A program made the translations under genes and the position numbers. Of a stretch of 60,373 bases of DNA, positions 25,496-32,985 are shown piece by piece. Location of the stretch: the IMG/VR virus record IMGVR_UViG_3300018418_000019, positions 1 to 60,373 of that record; one strand, 5' to 3'. Within the stretch, counting starts at the first letter, position 1, and every line of letters starts with the position of its first letter. The notes below the pieces were generated by a model. The model saw only the letters and a list, made by a program, of their open reading frames with translations. It had not been told where the DNA came from and made no database searches. The DNA is from a virus (taxonomy: Duplodnaviria > Caudoviricetes).

Positions 25496-25711
25496 TTAAA
25501 TTCCTAGTTCGTACTTCATGTCAGGGATATCCACAAAGTCTGCCCAAATGGACGCGATGGAGCGTGCTACAAAGTCTGCGAACTCGTCACCCCTATCACC
25601 GAGCTCACGATAGTGTGCGTATACGTCGGGTACAACGGATTCGTGGAGCAGGTTGCACGTATCAATGGCAAGCTGTCGGCCACGGATTACTTCTTTGATG
25701 GTCAGGCTCAT
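25496..25711 (-). CDS. Hypothetical early protein
   Basis: ATGA coupling. Confidence 0.6.
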   Translation of the reverse strand: MSLTIKEVIRGRQLAIDTCNLLHESVVPDVYAHYRELGDRGDEFADFVARSIASIWADFVDIPDMKYELGI

Positions 25712-25932
25712 ACGTAGTCAAGATTGCAGGTGATGTCACCTTGGTTGTTGAGGTATCCTTGGAGGACGAGGTTACGTGCGCCACGTCCGTAGCTTCCTTG
25801 GAGTTGATTCACGAGGCCCGTCTTGATGAGGTTGGAGAACAACACGATGGTGTCTGCGTTGCTCAACTCACCTGACTCAAAGGCCACGATGGTGGTGACG
25901 AGGTCACCTTTGGTCTGCTTTCTCTTATTCAT
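25708..25932 (-). CDS. Small phage protein with LQGSYGR motif
   Basis: FESGEL...LF..LI.TG...QLQGSYGR.A..L; function unknown. Confidence 0.65.
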   Translation of the reverse strand: MNKRKQTKGDLVTTIVAFESGELSNADTIVLFSNLIKTGLVNQLQGSYGRGARNLVLQGYLNNQGDITCNLDYV

Positions 25933-26185
25933 TGTCTTCGATTTGTGTTTGTGATTCCTCGATGATTCGGAGTATGTCTCCGAGGTTGTGAAACGGAACG
26001 CTGTCCCCTATCACGTCAGTTATCTTTCCCTTGTGGTGCTTGACGAGAGCCATCTCCTGCATCCCGTCACAAATCTCGACCAAGGATATCGCCAAGCTGT
26101 CAGACAGGTGCAGTTTTATTTGGCCGCGTTGCGTACCCACAAGGTGGGTCAGGACAACACCAATGCTGTGTGGGTCAAAGGTCAT
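25925..26185 (-). CDS. Hypothetical early protein
   Basis: Coupled to neighbours. Confidence 0.6.
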   Translation of the reverse strand: MTFDPHSIGVVLTHLVGTQRGQIKLHLSDSLAISLVEICDGMQEMALVKHHKGKITDVIGDSVPFHNLGDILRIIEESQTQIEDNE

Positions 26186-26328
26186 GACTTGTTCTTTGAG
26201 AGGTTGAACGTGGATGGCTTGGCGGTCTTGGACAACTGCTCCGCGAGAGACTTGTTGTGTGCCTTGATAGCCGCGTCCTGCATCTTGGCGAGGTCAACGA
26301 CGATGTTGAAGATGTCTTTGCTGTTCAT
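26182..26328 (-). CDS. 48-aa hypothetical protein (not in ORF track)
   Basis: MNSKDIFNIVVDLAKMQD...; has its own leader repeat and promoter copy. Confidence 0.6.
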   Translation of the reverse strand: MNSKDIFNIVVDLAKMQDAAIKAHNKSLAEQLSKTAKPSTFNLSKNKS

Positions 26329-26357
26329 AGCGTATTGTGTTTAAGGGTTTCTAGTAG

Positions 26358-26386
26358 TAGAACGCTATCGTTCTTGAGTTATTGTG
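26358..26386 (-). promoter_or_regulatory. Early promoter motif copy D
   Basis: CACAATAA-N14-CGTTCTA. Confidence 0.75.
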
Positions 26387-26405
26387 TCTGAATTGTAAAA
26401 AAGTG

Positions 26406-26654
26406 TTAACGCTTTGGTCTTCCGTATAGACGTTCGAGCATCAGGAACTCACGTCCCAACCACCCCTTGGATGGAGGTCTCCCGTCCTCGTAGTGAACGA
26501 TGTTCTTCCACACCTGAACGAAAGGATAGGCATCTTTCGGGTCTCCCTGCGCAATGTGCTTGTGGATGGCAGAGCACGCGCTGTCGTAGCTTGTGTAGAG
26601 TCCGAGCACCTCGTCTCCGTCCTCAATCAAGAATACATGGTTGTATGGCATCAC
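26406..26654 (-). CDS. Hypothetical early protein
   Basis: Coupled to the upstream stop. Confidence 0.6.
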   Translation of the reverse strand: MMPYNHVFLIEDGDEVLGLYTSYDSACSAIHKHIAQGDPKDAYPFVQVWKNIVHYEDGRPPSKGWLGREFLMLERLYGRPKR

Positions 26655-26815
26655 TTCTTCTTTTCTTGTTGTAAAAATTCTCGAATCCGCACAGGGTCAA
26701 TCGTTCCGTACTGCTTCATCAATCTTGCTTCGCGCTCTCGTCGAGCCGCGTCAACCTGAACCTGAAGGTTCGTTGATAGGGTTGTCCCCTTTGGGTATCT
26801 ATCCCATATGTTCAT
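26651..26815 (-). CDS. 54-aa hypothetical protein
   Basis: Start placed at MNIWDRY directly after the leader repeat. Confidence 0.6.
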   Translation of the reverse strand: MNIWDRYPKGTTLSTNLQVQVDAARREREARLMKQYGTIDPVRIREFLQQEKKK

Positions 26816-26834
26816 GTGTATTGGGTTTAAGGGT

Positions 26835-27125
26835 TTAGTATTCTCCGTAAAAGTATTCGATAGTCCCGTCCATGTTGACCAATCCTCGACGCGGTGCGTC
26901 GTCGGGGTCCACAGCGATTCCGAATTGCGTGTCCTCCTGCGCCATCTTCTTTGCCTCCATGAGGAGTTGGACACAGGCATCGCGGAGTTCGCTATCGGCC
27001 ATCTGACGGATGTGGTAGCAGAAATCGTTGACCATGACGTGGGTGGTGTCGCCCATCGTGCTGATGTGCTTGGTGTAGCCATCGCTCGTGACGATGGTCT
27101 TGCTAATTTTTGGGAGCATGCTCAT
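26835..27125 (-). CDS. Hypothetical early protein
   Basis: Preceded by the leader repeat. Confidence 0.65.
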   Translation of the reverse strand: MSMLPKISKTIVTSDGYTKHISTMGDTTHVMVNDFCYHIRQMADSELRDACVQLLMEAKKMAQEDTQFGIAVDPDDAPRRGLVNMDGTIEYFYGEY

Positions 27126-27156
27126 TGCATTGGGTTTAAGGGGTTTGTAGTTAGTC

Positions 27157-27219
27157 TTACTTGGTGCCGCCGCTCTCGCTCTTGATGCAGTAGCGTTTAG
27201 TGAACCAGTAGTTGCTCAT
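27157..27219 (-). CDS. 20-aa micropeptide MSNYWFTKRYCIKSESGGTK
   Basis: First ATG after promoter copy E and a leader repeat, in the same arrangement as longer neighbouring genes. Confidence 0.45.
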   Translation of the reverse strand: MSNYWFTKRYCIKSESGGTK

Positions 27220-27248
27220 AGTGTGTTGTGTTTAAGGGTTTCTAGTAC

Positions 27249-27277
27249 TATAACGTGGTGGGGAGAACCTTATTGCC
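27249..27277 (-). promoter_or_regulatory. Early promoter motif copy E
   Basis: GGCAATAA-N14-CGTTATA; the upstream box sits in the loop of a GGGGAG/CTCCCC inverted repeat. Confidence 0.7.
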
Positions 27278-27297
27278 CTCCCCGTTGTTAACGAACG

Positions 27298-28188
27298 TTA
27301 ATCTCCGAGGATGCAGTCGACAGCTTTCATGGCCTGTGTGCATGCGCTCACGAGGAACTTCTTGTCGTTGCCAATCTTGCTAATCCATCCATTGATGTAG
27401 GCCTGTGAGTTCGTGTGGTCAGACTTGGGTTGGATGCCCACGATACCTGTCAGGAACTGCGCACCAACCTCTGCCACCAACTCCTCCTTGCTGTAGTCCT
27501 CGTCACCGAACGAGTTCATGTCCACCAAGGTCTTGCGGTTCAACAGCGTCTCGTGACCTGTGCTGTGCGTCAACTCGTGGAAGAGCACCTTGTAGTAGTC
27601 GTCAGGTGACACGAAGGACTCCATCTTCGGCATCTGCACATGGTGCTTCGCAGGCATGTAGTAGGCGCGGTCTCCTCCCTGCTTCAGGGTTGGACGTCCG
27701 TTGAACTGCTCGTAGATGGCCTCGGCTCGCTCGATAGGCGTTCCATCGTTTCCTGCCTCGACAGACTTCCGCAATGGCTCGATGTCGTCGCATTGGGCAA
27801 TGTTGAACACGTTGTAGGAGCGCAGGGAGAACAGCTTCTCGTAGGGCATGCCCACAGGAATCTCAGACTCCTTCTTGTACAGCTTGCCGTCCTCTCCCTT
27901 GAAGAAGATGTTCCAAAAGATGACCAAGGCAGACTTCTCTCCCTTGCGCACCTGACCACCAAGCTTCTCTGCCTGCTTGTAGGTCAGCCATTCGTTGTGC
28001 TCGTATCCTTTCTCCTCCATCTCTGCGAAGAGGAAGAACACGTTCATGCCCTTGTACGGACGGCCCGTCACTCGGTTGATAGGCGACAGCCCACCGCTAC
28101 CTTCCCATGGTCGGAACCATGCCATGCCTTTGGCCTTCAATCCATCGAGCACGCGCTCGGTCACCTTGTCATATACGTCTTGCTTCAT
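27298..28188 (-). CDS. ardC: ArdC-family antirestriction protein (ssDNA-binding N-domain + zincin-like domain)
   Basis: W.RPW, N.VTGRPY.G.N, WLTYKQA...GGQVRKGEK, YNVFNIAQC, HELTHSTGH, YSKEELVAE. Start at MKQDVY. Confidence 0.93.
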   Translation of the reverse strand: MKQDVYDKVTERVLDGLKAKGMAWFRPWEGSGGLSPINRVTGRPYKGMNVFFLFAEMEEKGYEHNEWLTYKQAEKLGGQVRKGEKSALVIFWNIFFKGEDGKLYKKESEIPVGMPYEKLFSLRSYNVFNIAQCDDIEPLRKSVEAGNDGTPIERAEAIYEQFNGRPTLKQGGDRAYYMPAKHHVQMPKMESFVSPDDYYKVLFHELTHSTGHETLLNRKTLVDMNSFGDEDYSKEELVAEVGAQFLTGIVGIQPKSDHTNSQAYINGWISKIGNDKKFLVSACTQAMKAVDCILGD

Positions 28189-28307
28189 TGTGTTTGAGTT
28201 TCTAGGTAGTCTAACGTCATGTTGAGTCCGATTCGTATGCAGGAGAGCACCAAACTCCAACCTGCGTACATGCCCAAGATGTGGGCGAAGATGTCCATGC
28301 TAGTCAT
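28185..28307 (-). CDS. 40-aa hydrophobic peptide (not in ORF track)
   Basis: MTSMDIFAHILGMYAGWSLVLSCIRIGL...; coupled at both ends (TGATG, ATGA). Confidence 0.5.
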   Translation of the reverse strand: MTSMDIFAHILGMYAGWSLVLSCIRIGLNMTLDYLETQTQ

Positions 28308-28597
28308 CACCCTTCGATTCGTGCCTTGTAGTCGTTGTACAGGTCAGTCAGCATGTCGATGCATGTCTCCTTAGCTCCTCCATTCGGGTTGGGGACGAAC
28401 CCGTCCTGCACGTTGCAGATGAATCGAGCCATGGACTTGACAGCGCTTGGGCGAACTCCCGCCACGAAGTTCAGCATGGGCAGGAACTTGCTTGGGTTGC
28501 CGAGGTAGGAGTTCACGATGAGAACTGCGCTACCAACAGGTTGGGCGGAGATGCGAGCATTGCGCTCGTTGCGGATGTTTGCTTGCTCTTGGGTCAT
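28307..28597 (-). CDS. Hypothetical early protein
   Basis: Follows promoter copy F and an A/C-rich leader. Confidence 0.65.
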   Translation of the reverse strand: MTQEQANIRNERNARISAQPVGSAVLIVNSYLGNPSKFLPMLNFVAGVRPSAVKSMARFICNVQDGFVPNPNGGAKETCIDMLTDLYNDYKARIEG

Positions 28598-28645
28598 TGT
28601 GGTTGGGGTTTGTGGGGAGACGGAGTTGCCTCCCCTTGTTGATAG

Positions 28646-28674
28646 TGTAACGTTGTCGGTCTCGGGTTATTGTG
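28646..28674 (-). promoter_or_regulatory. Early promoter motif copy F
   Basis: CACAATAA-N14-CGTTACA. Confidence 0.7.
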
Positions 28675-28984
28675 CCTTGGCTCTCTCGACCATGTCCTCC
28701 AAGTGAGATGCCTCCTTTCTGGCTGTGGCGTACATGCGCTTCATGCGCTCGCACTCTGCGCGTTCGATAGCCAACTGCTCGGCCATGGTGCGAACCAAGT
28801 TCTGCAACTCGGTTGCTACTTCCTTGATGCTTCTCTGCGTCATGCGCTGAACGTCAGCGATGGTGCAAACGCCATCCTCGTAGCGTTGTTCGTTGCCAAT
28901 TACGTTGGCCATGTTGCGCAAACGTTGCGCTGAAACGCCTGCCTTCTCGTTGCAGATGTCGATGTACTTTTGCATTTCGCTCAT
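28667..28984 (-). CDS. First early gene, coiled-coil hypothetical protein
   Basis: Start at MSEMQKY, downstream of promoter copy G. Confidence 0.6.
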   Translation of the reverse strand: MSEMQKYIDICNEKAGVSAQRLRNMANVIGNEQRYEDGVCTIADVQRMTQRSIKEVATELQNLVRTMAEQLAIERAECERMKRMYATARKEASHLEDMVERAKAQ

Positions 28985-29037
28985 AATGAGTAAGTTATGT
29001 GGTTTGTGGCTAGGAATCAGCTCCCGCCTTCTGATAC

Positions 29038-29066
29038 CTATACGTTCTCGTGCTTGGTTTGTTGTG
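29038..29066 (-). promoter_or_regulatory. Early promoter motif copy G
   Basis: CACAACAA-N14-CGTATAG. Confidence 0.65.
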
Positions 29067-29466
29067 TGCCAAATGCAAAAAAAAGCCAACGTGTCTCGTG
29101 CCCCACGTTTGGGGTTTTCCCCTAGACAAGTGAATTGGGGTGAGGGATTGTGCCTGTGGCCTGTGGGTCTCGTCTCTCGTTCGGTTGTTCGGGCTGTGTT
29201 GTGTGTGCCTGCAGGAAAGCCAAAAGGCAAAGTCAAAACCTGAAATCCAAAAGCAGGAATCGAAGACCCCCTGGGGTTCGGGATTCGGTTTCGGTTCGGG
29301 TTGCCGCTGCATCCTGTATACGTATAATCCCCTGGGTGCGTGGAGCTGACCCATTTTCACGTAGCTTTGCATAAAAATTATACGCCCTAATATGTGTTAC
29401 GCTCTTCTTGCTGTCACCCTTCTTGCCATTGTATTGCATCACCTGTATCCCAACAAGAACTACTAG

Positions 29467-29487
29467 TCGTTAACACTCGTTAACACT
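29467..29487 (+). repeat. Tandem 10-bp direct repeat TCGTTAACAC x2 (candidate operator)
   Basis: Perfect duplication immediately upstream of the first rightward promoter. Confidence 0.55.
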
Positions 29488-29497
29488 TATAGAGTAC

Positions 29498-29528
29498 TTG
29501 ACTTTTCAAAAAAAAAGTAGTACCTTTG
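29498..29528 (+). promoter_or_regulatory. Rightward sigma-70 promoter (-33 TTG / -7 TACCTTTG)
   Basis: TTG at 29498-29500 and TAnnTTTG at 29521-29528. Confidence 0.7.
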
Positions 29529-29651
29529 CTACATCCTTGAGCGGCAGTCTTAGGGTTACGGACCTTGGGGGTCCTCACCCAGTCAGACTTTTGGGACCAT
29601 ACAGGATACCAAGTCCGCTTAAAGAAAAAAGTATCAAGGGTTAGCTGTATC

Positions 29652-29813
29652 ATGGAAATTAATCCCCACCTGGCCCTTCTTATGGCCGCCACCAACAACA
29701 CCAGAGGTCAACACACGGCCAGAGGTAGACGCAGAGCTATGGCGAGAGCTATAGATAAGCTGAGCAATAAAGTATCTCCCCCTTCGTTAGATGAGAATGA
29801 AGGAACCGATTAA
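29652..29813 (+). CDS. Small basic hypothetical protein
   Basis: First ATG-initiated part of this ORF after the rightward promoter. Confidence 0.4.
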   Translation: MEINPHLALLMAATNNTRGQHTARGRRRAMARAIDKLSNKVSPPSLDENEGTD

Positions 29814-30063
29814 CATGTGTGACGTCGTCCTGTATGACGGGAAGACTAAGAGGGAGTACAAGCTGTTCGATGCAATCCTTGTGGGCAACAGCAAAGAGCT
29901 AATCTGGAAGAACGAGTATTTCAGGGACAAGCTCATACGGGATATCTTTAGGACGAAGGCCCGCATAGCCACACAACAGCAGAACCTACACCTTATATGT
30001 AGGGACATTAAGTTTAAGAAGCTGATAAGCTACTCCACCGTAAAGTGGGGTTGTACTAAATAA
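29791..30063 (+). CDS. Hypothetical protein
   Basis: ORF in the rightward operon. Confidence 0.55.
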   Translation: MRMKEPINMCDVVLYDGKTKREYKLFDAILVGNSKELIWKNEYFRDKLIRDIFRTKARIATQQQNLHLICRDIKFKKLISYSTVKWGCTK

Positions 30064-30064
30064 G

Positions 30065-30072
30065 TATATTTG
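30065..30072 (+). promoter_or_regulatory. Sigma-70 -7 element (TATATTTG)
   Basis: 4 nt before ATG 30077. Confidence 0.7.
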
Positions 30073-30076
30073 CTGT

Positions 30077-30322
30077 ATGCTCGTATCAAAGAAACCTAAA
30101 GGCACACCAGGTACCAGCCGCACGGCGGTAACCAAGCTGTCGTCATCTGCCGTATCTGAGGGAGCGAAGAGAGAAGTGGAGGAGGTTCGCAACTACCTTA
30201 TGAAGGCTGTACCCGATGCAACACTCGATGAGGACTTCCTCGTTAAGGTTGCCTCCACATGGTCACTGTCGCGTAAGAACCCAACGGTTCTCGATGCCGC
30301 TGTTAAGCACCTGCAGAAATGA
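30077..30322 (+). CDS. Small protein with N-terminal VSKKP motif
   Basis: MLVSKKPKG; similar start to the next gene. Confidence 0.65.
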   Translation: MLVSKKPKGTPGTSRTAVTKLSSSAVSEGAKREVEEVRNYLMKAVPDATLDEDFLVKVASTWSLSRKNPTVLDAAVKHLQK

Positions 30323-30501
30323 AAGTATCTAAGAAGCCATCGGGTGTTAGACACCTACTCAGTTATCTCGAAAATCACAAAGGCCCACGTCCAGACTCAT
30401 CTGTTAAGTCAGAGAAGGAGCTTTTGCTGAAGGAGTACAAAGCTGGCATCATCACTATTGATGAGTACAATAAGGCCCTTGAAAAACTTTCGATGCAGTG
30501 A
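30319..30501 (+). CDS. Small protein with VSKKP start and SHOCT-like C-terminus
   Basis: MKVSKKPSG...YKAGIITIDEY. Confidence 0.6.
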   Translation: MKVSKKPSGVRHLLSYLENHKGPRPDSSVKSEKELLLKEYKAGIITIDEYNKALEKLSMQ

Positions 30502-30683
30502 AGACATCTAAGCGCAAAGACAGAGGTAAGCTCAGCGTATCCGAAAAGAAAATTTCGGTCGCGCCTCCAGCGGGGTATCATTGGATGGAGGAGCGGGGTC
30601 GGTTCTACCTTATGAAGGGAGACTACAAACCTCACCCTGGCGCTATGAAGGAGGCGGAGTTTAGAGTAGCTTCGCACTCATGA
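30498..30683 (+). CDS. Small phage protein (APPAGYHWM motif)
   Basis: VAPPAGYHWM...YLMKGDYKPH.GA; coupled to neighbours. Confidence 0.65.
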   Translation: MKTSKRKDRGKLSVSEKKISVAPPAGYHWMEERGRFYLMKGDYKPHPGAMKEAEFRVASHS

Positions 30684-30808
30684 AGAAACAAGTATCTGTT
30701 TATGTCAGCAACACCGCAAAGAGAAAGGGTGTTCACGCCAAGACAAAGTCATCCAAGAACAAGCGTAGCAAGCTCTATAAGAAGCGCAACGTGGGTCAGG
30801 GCAGGTGA
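30680..30808 (+). CDS. 42-aa highly basic peptide ending GQGR (not in ORF track)
   Basis: MKKQVSVYVSNTAKRKGVHAKTKSSKNKRSKLYKKRNVGQGR; ATGA-coupled. Confidence 0.65.
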   Translation: MKKQVSVYVSNTAKRKGVHAKTKSSKNKRSKLYKKRNVGQGR

Positions 30809-30831
30809 CGGAGTCGTTAGTGATAAATAAC

Positions 30832-30839
30832 TATCTTTG
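30832..30839 (+). promoter_or_regulatory. Sigma-70 -7 element (TATCTTTG)
   Basis: 4 nt before ATG 30844. Confidence 0.7.
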
Positions 30840-30843
30840 AGCC

Positions 30844-31989
30844 ATGCCAGGATATCACAACAGAAAGAAGAAGCTCTACAATATGGGTGGGGCGGTCGAG
30901 GAACCTCGCCCGATGGATAAGATTATTTCGTACCTGAAGGTTGGTGGTGGCCACAGATACCCTCGTGAGTTTGAGCAGAAGATGCTGAGAATACAAGAAC
31001 TATTCGATGCTGGTGAGATTAACGGGTCTCAGATGGCCGAAATGGTTAAATCCGCCAGTCAAGACATCGAGGAGTACACTGGCTCAGATGGCCGCTTACG
31101 TGGCTCTTTTATTGAGAACTCAGCGAAGAGAAAGGCGTTGGATGGCCGCGAGCTTATGACAAACAAGATGGGCGATGGAGGCGTCATAAAATATGATGAT
31201 GGTGGATTGCTCGAAGCACTGAAGAGAGCTAACGCAGCAGGCCGCGATACCGACCCTGGGTTTTTGAGACAAGGTCCAAATCAAACTCCAGTAACCACCG
31301 AAGAGGGATTCTTGATTAAGGGCGACCCAAACCCTAACATCAGCAAGCTCAAGGATGTTGTGATGGCGTCTGAAACAACCAATAGGCTTGGGGGCGTGGA
31401 GCCTCAGGTTGGATATGTGAAATACGTTAATCCTGGAAAGATGTCCATGGAAAAGCGTGAGCTCCCACGAGAAGAGCCAACAGAAAAGCCTAAGCCAATA
31501 CTCATCCCACCAGAAAAACCAACCACTCCTCCCAAAGAGATTCCACCAGAAGTTAACTTCAACATGGATACCGACGGGCTTGAAACGTCAGCACTGTTTG
31601 ACAGAGGTATCGCTCAGTCTGGTGTGCGAGGAGAGGGTACGACTGGAGGGTTCAGAGGTGTGCGTAGCGACATCACTAATAACGGACGTCTGATAGAGAG
31701 GGGAGAAACAACCAGTGTGGAGGACTTGCCCGAGTACATCAGGGAAGACCCCACCTTTAAGAACCTGCTCGCACAGGCCAACGAGACCAAGTACATGCAG
31801 GATATCGGAAGAAGAGAGGGTAAGTACAGCGCCCCAGGTGGGCAGGCAGCCCAAGACCTAGCCGATATCTTGAGCGGCAGGATTACGCTCGATGCGTATA
31901 AGGAGCGACAGAACAGAGCGTCTGCCTCGTTTGGATACGGAGGTAAGATGAAGTTCGGAGTAAGTAAGAAAAGAAGAGGGGGCCGCTAA
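30844..31989 (+). CDS. Putative internal head protein with repeated (Y/M/F)xxGG motifs
   Basis: YNMGG, MGDGG, YDDGG, FGYGG; basic termini; Pro-rich linker. Confidence 0.55.
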   Translation: MPGYHNRKKKLYNMGGAVEEPRPMDKIISYLKVGGGHRYPREFEQKMLRIQELFDAGEINGSQMAEMVKSASQDIEEYTGSDGRLRGSFIENSAKRKALDGRELMTNKMGDGGVIKYDDGGLLEALKRANAAGRDTDPGFLRQGPNQTPVTTEEGFLIKGDPNPNISKLKDVVMASETTNRLGGVEPQVGYVKYVNPGKMSMEKRELPREEPTEKPKPILIPPEKPTTPPKEIPPEVNFNMDTDGLETSALFDRGIAQSGVRGEGTTGGFRGVRSDITNNGRLIERGETTSVEDLPEYIREDPTFKNLLAQANETKYMQDIGRREGKYSAPGGQAAQDLADILSGRITLDAYKERQNRASASFGYGGKMKFGVSKKRRGGR

Positions 31990-32004
31990 GCCCCCTTCTT
32001 TTTT
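31966..32004. terminator. Bidirectional Rho-independent terminator
   Basis: AAGAAAAGAAG-A-GGGGGC-CGCTAA-GCCCCC-TTCTTTTTT between convergent genes. Confidence 0.75.
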
Positions 32005-32245
32005 ATTGCTGCCCTGCCCGAGCTCGGACTAGTGGCCGAACATAAGGCGCCCGCATAATCTGGTTGCCAGCGGGTTGCTTCAGATTGAAGCCAGGGTCGT
32101 TCCATGGCAGCGGTCGACCGAGCGCAACAGCAGTACCAACTGGAACTGAACTTCTGCTAAGGCGTCGTGCCTTTCTTTCTGCCGTGTCTACGAAAGGTGC
32201 CCCGATAAGGACGATTGCCAAGAGGCGGATAATGAACTTCTTCAT
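32003..32245 (-). CDS. 80-aa protein with N-terminal hydrophobic/signal-like segment and basic tail
   Basis: MKKFIIRLLAIVLIGAPFV...; has its own early-type promoter and the shared terminator. Confidence 0.6.
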   Translation of the reverse strand: MKKFIIRLLAIVLIGAPFVDTAERKARRLSRSSVPVGTAVALGRPLPWNDPGFNLKQPAGNQIMRAPYVRPLVRARAGQQ

Positions 32246-32284
32246 GAGTATGAATTTATTAGATTTGTGGTGTGTTTCTGTCTC

Positions 32285-32313
32285 TATAACGGAACACATT
32301 TCTGGTTATTGTG
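32285..32313 (-). promoter_or_regulatory. Early promoter motif copy H
   Basis: CACAATAA-N14-CGTTATA. Confidence 0.7.
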
Positions 32314-32328
32314 TAAACGAAAGTTAAA

Positions 32329-32985
32329 ATGGTTCCAAAGAAAAAAGACAAGTCGGACAGCGGAAGGTACTACTTCTTTGGCGCATATCCAGAACAAGCT
32401 GTGGCACCCAAGGGGTATGAGTACAACGAGGGACTTAACTTGGTGCCAGAGGGCTGGGATGAATACCACGAGGAGCAAGACAGCATAGACTTGAACCGTA
32501 TGATTGACCGACAGATGGCAGTAGAGTCATCGTACCTACCAGGCCGCACGTCAAGTGCGGGGGCCACGGGCCTCGGTCAATTCAGACCCATAGCGCAGAA
32601 AGAAGTTGTAAGACTTGGTATCATGCCAGAGGGTTGGGACCCTAACGACCCTCAGCAAGCTAGGGATGCTATGTATGGTTACATGGAGAATCTCTACGAT
32701 AGGGAGTGGGTGCATGCTGGTGATAGCGACCCTATGGTTGCGTATGCTAAGGCAGCCTTCGCGTATAACGCGGGGGAAGGTACGGCTGTCAGCGAGCTCA
32801 ACCGACTCAAGAAAGAGGGCTACGATATATACAACAGCCTAGACTGGATTAAAGAGATTAACAAAGAGAGCAGAGAGTATATCGAGCAGCTTGCTGGTAT
32901 GGATACCGAGAAGGGTCGACAGTTCGAGGAGAACTGGCCTACGTTTGATTCTCGCCGCCAGAGGATTTTCGGGGAGCAATCTTAA
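32329..32985 (+). CDS. Lytic transglycosylase (SLT domain)
   Basis: VESS, SSAGATGLGQF, AYNAG, ESREY motifs. Confidence 0.85.
   Translation: MVPKKKDKSDSGRYYFFGAYPEQAVAPKGYEYNEGLNLVPEGWDEYHEEQDSIDLNRMIDRQMAVESSYLPGRTSSAGATGLGQFRPIAQKEVVRLGIMPEGWDPNDPQQARDAMYGYMENLYDREWVHAGDSDPMVAYAKAAFAYNAGEGTAVSELNRLKKEGYDIYNSLDWIKEINKESREYIEQLAGMDTEKGRQFEENWPTFDSRRQRIFGEQS

Larger units (their letters stand above)
25021..28611 (-). repeat. Dispersed start-associated repeat AAACCCTTAAAC(C/A)CAATAC directly upstream of early-gene ATGs
   Basis: Plus-strand GTATTG(G/T)GTTTAAGGGTTT and variants near 25021, 25219, 25429, 26329, 26816, 27126, 27220; degenerate near 28189 and 28598. Confidence 0.85.

Noticed and set aside
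28201-28240. Ninth early promoter copy upstream of ardC
   Set aside because: CGTTAGA is present, but the upstream box is degenerate (ATACGAAT) and the region is probably coding, so it was not counted.
25021-28611. Repeats as a CRISPR array
   Set aside because: Spacers are whole genes of variable length, repeats are degenerate and no cas genes are present.
28985-29480. ORF-track ORFs across the divergent control region
   Set aside because: They are mutually overlapping, low-complexity and overlap promoter and repeat elements, with no recognisable protein signal.
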